Part shown: piece by piece, positions 14,929-21,144 of the stretch
How the letters are laid out: the number at the start of each line of letters is the position of its first letter
Position numbering within the stretch: the first letter of the stretch is position 1
Source of the DNA: an uncultured Polyangiaceae bacterium
GTDB taxonomy: Bacteria > Myxococcota_A > Polyangia > Polyangiales > Polyangiaceae
Length of the DNA: 21,144 nucleotides
Direction of reading: 5' to 3'
Assembly (NCBI GenBank): GCA_964393505.1
Contig: CAYMUE010000015.1
Coordinates: 15,686 to 36,829, forward strand
The notes under the pieces: generated by a model
Seen by the model: the letters and a program-made list of their open reading frames with translations, nothing else
Database searches by the model: none
What the model was told of the DNA's origin: nothing
Program-made: the position numbers and the translations under genes

Positions 14929-16332
14929 TCATCCCCACCAGTGCACCAGCTTCAGCATCACCACGTCCGCTGCAGGTGAGCCTCGCTTCGCTGCGAACCC
15001 GGGCATCGACGGGAGCCACGGCACCATCGGCGTGAACGGCGACTGGCTCCGCCCGTATACCGCGAAGAAGCTGCAGCCGGTCCGGTACTCCCATCGCACC
15101 ACCAGATTGAAGTTCACCACCGTCCGCGCGTAGTCCGGACTCTGCGCCGGCACCACCTCCGAGCTCTCCAGCAACGACTGCCGGATGCGCGGAATCGACC
15201 CCGGAAGACCGTCGTATCGCAGGTAGTCCGAGTAGCTCCCCGACGCGTGATAGACCTGCACGTGGCTCTGGACCGTCACGCGACGATCGAACGCCCACGT
15301 CCCTCGCACCGTCGCTCCCACGTTGCGCGCGTCCAACCGCCCGAACAGCCACGTGCCGTACAGCTCGTCGCGACCCACCGATCGCGGCTCGCCCGACGTC
15401 GCATACACCTGCGGAACCACGTCGAGCTCCAGGGTCCGCGCCGGGCGCAGCGACAAGGTCGCCTCGGCAGCCAGGTTGTGCCCCGCGCTCGTGTTCTGCG
15501 CCTGGGCCCAGAGCCTCGCGAACAGCGCCGCCACCGGATCGGTGCTGATCGATGCCTCCGCCCCCGTCACGCGCGAACGCTGCAGCCCCGTCCCGTCCCC
15601 CATCTCGGCCCAGTCGTAGAACGACGGCCGGTGGTTCACCGCTGCGCTCAATCGAAGATCGTTCGCCAGCCGAATCGTCGAGCCGACCCGCGCGCTGCGC
15701 CCCGACGTCTGCCCGTCGAGGTCACGGCGCGCATGCGCCTCCAGACGCGTGTTCGCCTCCACCGCGGGAAGCCAGGAATCGGCCTTCTTCAGCGTCGCGC
15801 CGGCGCGCACGGTTACATGCGTCGGACGATCGAGCGAGCCCGATTCGACGAGGTCTAGCCTGCGCGGCGAGCTGTCCCACGGCCCCTCGGCCGAGCGCCT
15901 CGGGACTTCTCTTCCGGTGGAGATGCGAAGCCAGCCGAACAGCGTGCCGAAGCCGAAGTGCCTCACATACAGAAGCGGGCGAGGGGGCGCCCACACCGCT
16001 TCGGGGATCACGAGGGAGTCGCGCGGTCCCGCTTCGCTGCGGCCATACCATGGCCTCTCGAGCCCCGACGGCAGCACCCACCCCTCCAGGCGCGTGGTCG
16101 CGAACGTCTCGCGCCGTTTTGCGATCGCGGCCGACGTGGCGGGCGCTGCGGGGGGTCTGCGCCAGGGGGAAGGCGTGGTCGCGACGCGCGGTGCGACTGG
16201 TGCGTGGATCGCCGGTCGGAGCGCCTCCAGGGTCGCCAGATCGAACGGTGGCAGAGCAAAGGGGAACAACGTGAGGCCCTGGGTCGAGCTTGCCGACGCT
16301 GCAGCGCGACGACTTCGAAGGCACGCTATCAC
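14929..16332 (-). CDS. Hypothetical beta-strand-rich protein, possibly an outer-membrane beta-barrel or the C-terminal module of a larger DUF-type hydrolase. The N-terminus is unresolved.
   Basis: The C-terminal 250 aa show alternating hydrophobic dyad patterns (LELDVVPQVY, GTWLFGRL, ATVRGTWAF, VTVQSHVQVYHA, VVNFNLVVRWEYRTGCSFFAVYGRS). GC3 is low over the first ~20 codons after GTG 16332, so the real start is probably downstream, for example TTG ~16270. No recognisable signal peptide appears in any frame. I cannot assign a family from sequence alone. Confidence 0.4.
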   Translation of the reverse strand: MIACLRSRRAAASASSTQGLTLFPFALPPFDLATLEALRPAIHAPVAPRVATTPSPWRRPPAAPATSAAIAKRRETFATTRLEGWVLPSGLERPWYGRSEAGPRDSLVIPEAVWAPPRPLLYVRHFGFGTLFGWLRISTGREVPRRSAEGPWDSSPRRLDLVESGSLDRPTHVTVRAGATLKKADSWLPAVEANTRLEAHARRDLDGQTSGRSARVGSTIRLANDLRLSAAVNHRPSFYDWAEMGDGTGLQRSRVTGAEASISTDPVAALFARLWAQAQNTSAGHNLAAEATLSLRPARTLELDVVPQVYATSGEPRSVGRDELYGTWLFGRLDARNVGATVRGTWAFDRRVTVQSHVQVYHASGSYSDYLRYDGLPGSIPRIRQSLLESSEVVPAQSPDYARTVVNFNLVVRWEYRTGCSFFAVYGRSQSPFTPMVPWLPSMPGFAAKRGSPAADVVMLKLVHWWG

Positions 16333-16389
16333 CGGGAACGGAAGGTATCACCCGCACAACGAATCGGGTTGGAAGTTCGGTGTGCATGT

Positions 16390-16403
16390 ATCGCTGCAGC
16401 GAT
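16390..16403. promoter_or_regulatory. Perfect 14-bp palindrome ATCGCTGCAGCGAT in a relatively AT-rich intergenic stretch; candidate operator
   Basis: Read directly. It lies upstream (on the - strand) of the beta-rich hypothetical gene and downstream of the XdhC-family gene, within the 255-bp intergenic region 16333-16587. That region is noticeably less GC-rich (…ccgtaatcgtatcatcc…). Confidence 0.2.
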
Positions 16404-16587
16404 CACAGGTTCGCCCAATCTCACACAGGTCGATAGTCTCGTTCGCTATCCGTAATCGTATCATCCGGTCGCTCGATGTCGGCTCTTCGCAGGCGGCTGT
16501 TCCGCTCGCGGGATCCGACGCGCAATTGCGATCGAGCTCGAGGGGAGGATTCCGGGAGGGAAAGGAGACGGCGCCAGAGGGGAACGG

Positions 16588-17433
16588 TCAGCGCGCGTTC
16601 GCCGCCTGCGAGGCACGCCAGGCGATCAGCTCGCCGGCGATCGACACGGCCAGCTCGTCAGGAGTCCGCGCGGCGATGTCCGTCCCCACCGGCATGCGCA
16701 CGCGCCCCGCGTCGGCCTCGGAAGCGCCCCGCGCCTTGAGCTCCTCGCGCACACGCACGGCCTTCGCCCGGCTCCCCACCCCTCCGACGTACGCGAACCC
16801 CTCGAGCACGGCCCACACCACCGCTTCGACATCATGCGGGTGATCGTGCGTCGCCACGACCACCGCCGCGCGACGCGGCACGTCCTTCGCCGCCTCCACG
16901 GGCGGCCCCAGCCTCGTGCGCACGCCTTCGAGCACGCTCACCCGCTCGGGCGCCAGGGTCGCCGCGCGCTCGTCGATCATCCAGACCGAGAACCCCAGCC
17001 TCGGCAACAGGCGCGCCACGGCGTAGTTCACGTGCCCTGCTCCCACCAGCAGCACCGGACTGGAGGCCCGCATGGGCTCGAGGAGCAGTTCCACCGTGCC
17101 GCCGCACGACATGGCCAGGTCGCGCGCGAGTTGGAACGACACCTGATCGGGAACGGTCGATCCCGACGCGAGTGCGGCTTGCATCCGCTCGACCACCGCA
17201 AGCTCGATCCCGCCCCCGCCCACTGTGCCGGCCGCCGTGCCGTCGGACAGGAGCACCATCTTCTGCCCGGGAGTCGCTGGCGCCGAGCCGCTGCGCGACA
17301 CAACGGTCGCGAGGCAGCAGTCGATGCAGCGCGCGAGGGCATCGCCTGCGCGGCGAAGTACCTCTGCGGGCGATGCGGGATCGGGCACGGGGAGCTTCGA
17401 GTCACGCACTTCGGTCATGGTGCTGGGCAACAT
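16588..17433 (-). CDS. XdhC/CoxI-family molybdenum-cofactor insertion / accessory protein
   Basis: The N-terminal XdhC_CoxI-type segment is ATVVSRSGSAPATPGQKMVLLSDGTAAGTVGGGGIE. The C-terminal Rossmann-like XdhC_C segment is VLLVGAGHVNYAVARLLPRLGFSVWMIDER...YVGGVGSRAKAV...RMPVGTDIAARTPDELAVSIAGELIA. Start is ATG 17433 or ATG 17418 (MTEVRD...). No xdhA/xdhB or cox structural genes are in the window. Confidence 0.8.
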   Translation of the reverse strand: MLPSTMTEVRDSKLPVPDPASPAEVLRRAGDALARCIDCCLATVVSRSGSAPATPGQKMVLLSDGTAAGTVGGGGIELAVVERMQAALASGSTVPDQVSFQLARDLAMSCGGTVELLLEPMRASSPVLLVGAGHVNYAVARLLPRLGFSVWMIDERAATLAPERVSVLEGVRTRLGPPVEAAKDVPRRAAVVVATHDHPHDVEAVVWAVLEGFAYVGGVGSRAKAVRVREELKARGASEADAGRVRMPVGTDIAARTPDELAVSIAGELIAWRASQAANAR

Positions 17434-17525
17434 ACCAGACCGGCTGCAACGCGCACGGCCGCGACGAGGTGATCGCCTCGGCGCGCGTTGACGCTGAGCC
17501 TGGCCGGCCGCTATCGTGCCGAGTC

Positions 17526-18962
17526 GTGATTCGCTCTCACCTCGCTTTGGGTCTCGCCTCCCTGCTCCTCGTGTCGTCCTCTGGCTGCATGACCTGGGAC
17601 GTCCAACAGCGCTCCCACACGCTCAAGATCGTCACCGATCCCCCTGGCGCCTCGGTCTGGCAGACCGACAGCGCGGGCAACCGCCGCATCGGCACCGGCC
17701 CCACTGAGGTCAAGCGCGACTACCAGGTCAAGGTCGGCAAGAGCACCCATCTGTGCTGGATCGGTGCCGCCGCTGCTGTGGGTGCCGCAGCCTTCAGCGG
17801 CTACAAGCTGGCGAACCTCTCCGAAGACAACGGCGGTAGCAGCACGGAGAAGACCTGGGGGATCCTCGGGATCTCCCTCGCCGGAACCCTCGCCCTCACG
17901 CTCGTCCCCGCCTGCATCGCCCTCGACTCCTCGAACCAGGAGATCGCCATGCAGACCCCGGAGGTCGTGAAGATCTCCGCCTCTGCGGAGGGCATGCGCG
18001 ATCAGGAGATGACCGTGATGCTCCCGGGCCCGCAGAAGGAGATCCACCTGTCGCTCCGCCCCGGCACCTCCGGCGAGCTGCTCGCACGCAATCGCAACAG
18101 CTCCATGGGCGGAATCGGCGTCGTCAGCGCATCCAGAACCGACAAGACCGGCCCCGCTCCCGCCTCCGGCTCCTTCGTCTCCGGTGCCCCCCAGCCCGCA
18201 TCCTACGCCCTCGTGGTCGGCATCGAACGCTACCGCGACGTCCCCTCCCCCACCGGCGCTCGCGCCGATGCCGAGAGCTTCGCGCGCGTGGTCCGCACGA
18301 CCCTCGGAGTGCCGGAGGCGAACGTGAAGGTCGCGCTCGACGATCGTGCGACGCGCAGCGACATCGAGAAGCAGCTCGAGTGGATGCAGGCCAACGTGCA
18401 GCCGGGCGGGCGGGTGTACTTCTACTTCAGCGGCCATGGCGCCCCCGATGCCTCGGCCGGCACGCCGTACCTGCTGCCCTACGACGGCGATCCGAAGTTC
18501 CTGGCCCGCACGGCGTTGCCCCTGGCCGGCGTGCTCAAGACCCTCGGGGAGACCAAGGCCCGCGACGTGCTCGCGGTCGTGGACTCCTGCTTCTCGGGTG
18601 CAGGCGGCCGCTCCGTCCTCCCCGACGGTGCGCGTCCTCTCGTGCGCGTGAAGGAAGCCTCGGTGGCGCCACGGCTGGCGCTGCTTACCGCCTCTTCGGG
18701 TGCCGAAATATCGGGCCCTGCTCCCGACGGCAGCGGCGGCTTGTTCACCCGCTATGTCAACGAGGGGCTTGGAAGAGGCCAGGCGGACATCAACGGCGAC
18801 GGGCAGATCTCGCTCCAGGAGCTGTCGGAGTGGGTGCGCCCGCGGGTCGCGCGCGACGCCAAGCGCGACAACCGGGACCAGACGCCGTCGGTGCAGGTCG
18901 GCTCGGGTCTCGCCGGCGGCGCGTCCTCCTTCATCATCGCCCAGGGCATCGCCGCCCGCTGA
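17526..18962 (+). CDS. Lipoprotein combining a PEGA-like domain, two hydrophobic segments, a caspase-like (peptidase C14, orthocaspase) domain with an intact His/Cys dyad, and a C-terminal EF-hand Ca-binding loop
   Basis: Probable start is GTG 17526 (MIRSHLALGLASLLLVSSSGC), with a lipobox LVSSSG|C. The ORF track extends it to 17172 with low-GC3 junk. The PEGA-like segment is LKIVTDPPGASVWQTDSAGNRRIGTGPTEV. Hydrophobic segments are HLCWIGAAAAVGAAAF and WGILGISLAGTLALTLVPACIAL. The caspase fold shows YALVVGIERYRDVPSPTGARADAESFARVV (p20 start), YFYFSGHG (catalytic His) and AVVDSCFSG (catalytic Cys). DINGDGQISLQE is a canonical 12-residue EF-hand loop (D1, N3, D5, G6, I8, E12). Stop is at 18960-18962. 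Confidence 0.75.
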   Translation: MIRSHLALGLASLLLVSSSGCMTWDVQQRSHTLKIVTDPPGASVWQTDSAGNRRIGTGPTEVKRDYQVKVGKSTHLCWIGAAAAVGAAAFSGYKLANLSEDNGGSSTEKTWGILGISLAGTLALTLVPACIALDSSNQEIAMQTPEVVKISASAEGMRDQEMTVMLPGPQKEIHLSLRPGTSGELLARNRNSSMGGIGVVSASRTDKTGPAPASGSFVSGAPQPASYALVVGIERYRDVPSPTGARADAESFARVVRTTLGVPEANVKVALDDRATRSDIEKQLEWMQANVQPGGRVYFYFSGHGAPDASAGTPYLLPYDGDPKFLARTALPLAGVLKTLGETKARDVLAVVDSCFSGAGGRSVLPDGARPLVRVKEASVAPRLALLTASSGAEISGPAPDGSGGLFTRYVNEGLGRGQADINGDGQISLQELSEWVRPRVARDAKRDNRDQTPSVQVGSGLAGGASSFIIAQGIAAR

Positions 18963-18966
18963 GCGC

Positions 18967-19620
18967 TCACGAGCTCGTCGCGTCTCTCGCTTGCGTGCTG
19001 CTGCGCCAGGCTTCGAAGGCCTTCTGCTGGCGCTCGCGCTCACTGCGCACGAGGGCGTCCGCCTGGCCTGGATCCGACGGCAGGTGTTCGCGCAGCTTCC
19101 AGAGCACGCGGCAAGTGACGACGCAATCCGAGGAGGCGCGGTGGGCGCGTCCCTCCCACTCGACGCCGAGCTGCCGCGCGGCCGACTCGAGCTTGTGGCG
19201 CCCCGGTCCCTTCCAATACCTGCCTACCTGATCGAACCGCACGACCACGAGCGCGTCAATCACCGGCTTGCCGTCGATCGCCTCGCGCCACCCGTCGCCC
19301 ATCGCCGCCTCGAGGAACGCCGCGTCGAACGGCCAGTTGTAACCGACCAGCACTTCGGCTGCGCGCACGTGCGAGAGGAACCGCTCCTGCACCTGCGCCA
19401 GCGTCGGACTCCCCGCCACATCCTCGTCCCGAATCCCGTGGACCGCTGTCGCTTCCTCGGGAATCGGCATCCCCGGCTGAATCAGCATCCCCATGCGTCG
19501 CTGCACCTCGCCCCCGCGGAACTGCACGGCCGCGAGCTCCACCACGCGATCGCGAATCGGATCGACTCCGGTCGTCTCGGTGTCGATGCACAGCCACGTC
19601 ATGCTGGACCAGTCGCTCAT
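18967..19620 (-). CDS. DnaQ-like DEDDh 3'-5' exonuclease (stand-alone, 217 aa)
   Basis: Exo I CIDTETTG (D, E), Exo II GYNWPFDAAFL (D) and Exo III HRASSDCVVT (H, D) appear in the canonical order. ATG at 19618-19620. The long 5' extension of ORF 18967..20775 is antisense to the Cys-repeat gene and is junk. The stop is only 4 nt from the stop of the caspase lipoprotein gene (convergent). Confidence 0.8.
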   Translation of the reverse strand: MSDWSSMTWLCIDTETTGVDPIRDRVVELAAVQFRGGEVQRRMGMLIQPGMPIPEEATAVHGIRDEDVAGSPTLAQVQERFLSHVRAAEVLVGYNWPFDAAFLEAAMGDGWREAIDGKPVIDALVVVRFDQVGRYWKGPGRHKLESAARQLGVEWEGRAHRASSDCVVTCRVLWKLREHLPSDPGQADALVRSERERQQKAFEAWRSSTQARDATSS

Positions 19621-19773
19621 CTCCCGGCTGCCATACCACAGGACCCTCGGTCTCCGTGCGCACAGACTCCACGCGACAGGCGCGTGCGGCTTTGCGGCCA
19701 AGGCGCCCGCAGGCTGTCTCGCGCGCGTGTCCGCTTTGCCTGCGCTCCCCAAAAGGGTATGCTGGAGAGCAGC

Positions 19774-21144
19774 ATGCGCACACCGCTGCCTACCGTCAGG
19801 GGGAAGGCACGACGCCAGGGAGCGACGCCGCCTTGGAGCCGATGGTTGCCCGTTGTCTCGGTGTGCCTCGCATCCTGCGGAAGCAGCGACAACGAGGTTG
19901 CCACCAACGCCCACGTCCTGGATGCTTCGTCTCACGAAACAACGATCGATGTCGCGAGCGAGCCGGTGGTCGAGGCGGGACTCGACGTCCTGGACGACCA
20001 GGCGCCCCCTCCGTGCACGCCCAAGACCTGCGCGCAGCTCGGCCTGAACTGCGGCAACGCTCCGGATGGATGTGGTGGCAAGGTGGTGTGCGGATCGTGC
20101 GCGTCGGGGCAGTTCTGCGGTGGCGGTGGCCCCAACAAGTGCGGGGTGAACCCTTGCGCTCCCAAGACCTGCTCGCAGATCTCGGCCTCCTGCGGCCTGG
20201 CCTCCAATGCGTGCGCCGATGTCATCGACTGCGGCGGCTGCCCCGCGCCCGAGACGTGTGGCGGAGCAGGGACGAAGCACCAGTGTGGGTGTACGCCGAA
20301 GACCTGCGTGCAGCTCGGCGCCACCTGCGGCACCACTCCCGACGGCTGTGGGGGCGTGCTCGATTGCGGCACGTGCGCCGCCGGACAGACGTGCGGCGGC
20401 GGCGGCCCCAACCAGTGCGGCGCGGGCTCCTGTTCCCCCAAGACCTGCGCACAGCTCGGCACCAGTTGCGGGGTCACCTCCGATCTGTGCAGCAACGTCA
20501 TCGACTGCGGCTCCTGCTCTGCGCCCGATGTCTGCGGTGGCGCCGGCAAGGTCAACCAGTGCGGCTGCTTGCCCAAGACTTGCGCGCAGCTCGGCGCTTC
20601 CTGCGGCGAGCTCGATGACGGCTGCGGTAAGCCCCTGCTGTGCGGCTCGTGCACCGATCCTCTCACGTGCGGCGGAGGCGGCGTCCCGAACCAGTGCGGC
20701 ACACCGTGCCCCGATGGTGGCGCGTGCATGCCGGGAGATACCGAGTCGCAGCCGTGTGGCAACGGCGGCACGCAATCCCGCACCTGCGCCGCCACCTGCG
20801 AGTGGGATGCGTGGGCAACCTGCATCGGCAGCGAGTGCTCCCCCGGCGACACCGACTCCGAGGCGTGCGGCAACTGCGGCACCCGCACGCGAAGCTGCAA
20901 AGCCGACTACACGTGGGATGCATGGGGCGTGTGCGGCCAGGGCGAGTGCGCTCCGGGCAACACCGACTCCGAAGCGTGCGGCGACTGCGGTTCCCGCAGC
21001 CGCACCTGCAGCAGCGCGTGCGTCTGGGGTTCCTTCGGCTCCTGCACCGGTCAGGGCGTCTGCTCCCCCGGCGCCACCGACTCCGATCCCTGCGGCAACT
21101 GCGGCTCCATGACCCGCACCTGCACCAGCTCCTGCCAGTGGGGC
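19774..21144 (+). CDS. Cys-rich tandem-repeat lipoprotein (3'-partial, runs off the window); probable secreted or surface protein
   Basis: Frame 1 is open to the end of the window and is absent from the ORF track because it has no stop. Start is ATG 19774 (MRTPLPTV..., with GGAG 7 nt upstream) or ATG 19759. The signal with lipobox is RWLPVVSVCLAS|CGSSDNE. Then come 5 copies of a ~45-aa 8-Cys repeat, CxPKTC[AV]QLGxxCGxxxDGCGGxxxCGxCxxGQxCGGGGPNxCG, alternating with a variant ...CADVIDCGGCPAPExCGGAG.... After these, at least 4 copies of a ~37-aa 6-Cys repeat follow: C[SA]PGxTDSEACGNCG[TS]R[TS]R[ST]C...C.W..[WF]G.C.GQG. GC3 is high. Confidence 0.7.
   Translation, partial: MRTPLPTVRGKARRQGATPPWSRWLPVVSVCLASCGSSDNEVATNAHVLDASSHETTIDVASEPVVEAGLDVLDDQAPPPCTPKTCAQLGLNCGNAPDGCGGKVVCGSCASGQFCGGGGPNKCGVNPCAPKTCSQISASCGLASNACADVIDCGGCPAPETCGGAGTKHQCGCTPKTCVQLGATCGTTPDGCGGVLDCGTCAAGQTCGGGGPNQCGAGSCSPKTCAQLGTSCGVTSDLCSNVIDCGSCSAPDVCGGAGKVNQCGCLPKTCAQLGASCGELDDGCGKPLLCGSCTDPLTCGGGGVPNQCGTPCPDGGACMPGDTESQPCGNGGTQSRTCAATCEWDAWATCIGSECSPGDTDSEACGNCGTRTRSCKADYTWDAWGVCGQGECAPGNTDSEACGDCGSRSRTCSSACVWGSFGSCTGQGVCSPGATDSDPCGNCGSMTRTCTSSCQWG
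20011..20700 (+). repeat. Coding tandem repeat family 1 (8-Cys, ~134/141-nt alternating period, 5 copies)
   Basis: Repeat-initial Cys codons fall at 20014, 20155, 20289, 20431 and 20565. Spacings of 141/134/142/134 nt indicate a two-subtype A-B superunit of ~276 nt. Confidence 0.7.
20725..21144 (+). repeat. Coding tandem repeat family 2 (6-Cys CGNCG...R.R.C...W..W type, ~111-114-nt period, at least 4 copies, continues past window end)
   Basis: Repeat-initial Cys codons fall at 20725, 20836, 20946 and 21061. Confidence 0.65.

Noticed and set aside
18967-20900. 602-aa reading of the exonuclease ORF (18967..20775) and ORFs 19656..20618, 19932..20900, 20207..21112
   Set aside because: The first 385 aa of the 602-aa ORF are antisense to the Cys-repeat gene, giving mirror-image repeats AELxAGLG... 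The true exonuclease starts at ATG 19620. The others are off-frame readings of the Cys-repeat gene.
20011-21144. Possible CRISPR-like or non-coding tandem array because of strict 111-141-nt DNA periodicity
   Set aside because: The repeats are in-frame coding repeats with conserved Cys codons, high GC3 and an upstream lipoprotein signal. No short direct repeats with unique spacers are present, and no cas genes.
1-21144. Mobile elements, integrases, transposases, phage genes, rRNA/tRNA genes
   Set aside because: Nothing with such signatures was seen in any frame. No terminal inverted repeats or target-site duplications flank any block. Gene content and codon bias are uniform, so there is no evidence of a horizontally acquired island.

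Overview
This is a ~70% GC window (GC estimated by eye) with strong third-position GC bias, dense in genes. It looks like ordinary Myxococcota chromosome, probably suborder Sorangiineae. The lineage call rests on a MYXO-CTERM-type sorting tail (GCGC, hydrophobic helix, RLRRR) on the FG-GAP protein, a eukaryote-like Ser/Thr kinase, and Cys-rich repeat lipoproteins.

Genes I can support, in order:
1. 3' end of a hybrid PKS/NRPS megasynthase: acyltransferase-domain tail, then a condensation domain with HHIIGDAWS, then an unexpected C-terminal Rossmann NAD(P)-binding domain (+ strand).
2. A minimal Ser/Thr protein kinase (- strand).
3. Kup/HAK potassium transporter (- strand).
4. A GHKL/HSP90-like ATPase gene whose reading frame changes three times at G/C homopolymers. 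This is either a pseudogene or indel-type sequencing error (+ strand).
5. A large secreted FG-GAP/beta-propeller protein with a Gly/Ala-rich linker and MYXO-CTERM tail (+ strand).
6. An adjacent pair encoding the two halves of the animal/plant bifunctional AASS as separate genes on the - strand: lysine-ketoglutarate reductase, then LYS9-type saccharopine dehydrogenase.
7. A flotillin-like SPFH/band-7 protein (+ strand).
8. A beta-rich hypothetical protein whose start is unclear (- strand).
9. An orphan XdhC/CoxI-family accessory protein (- strand).
10. A lipoprotein that combines a PEGA domain, two hydrophobic segments, a caspase-like C14 peptidase domain with an intact His/Cys dyad, and a canonical EF-hand (+ strand).
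11. A stand-alone DnaQ-like DEDDh 3'-5' exonuclease (- strand).
12. The 5' part of a Cys-rich lipoprotein built from two families of tandem Cys repeats (+ strand, runs off the window).

I found no rRNA, tRNA, CRISPR array, transposase or integrase. Many long alternative-frame ORFs in the track are high-GC artefacts. I see no compact, clearly novel defence-like system. The most unusual items are the megasynthase tail, the split AASS, the calcium-motif caspase lipoprotein, the frame-broken ATPase and the repeat lipoprotein.
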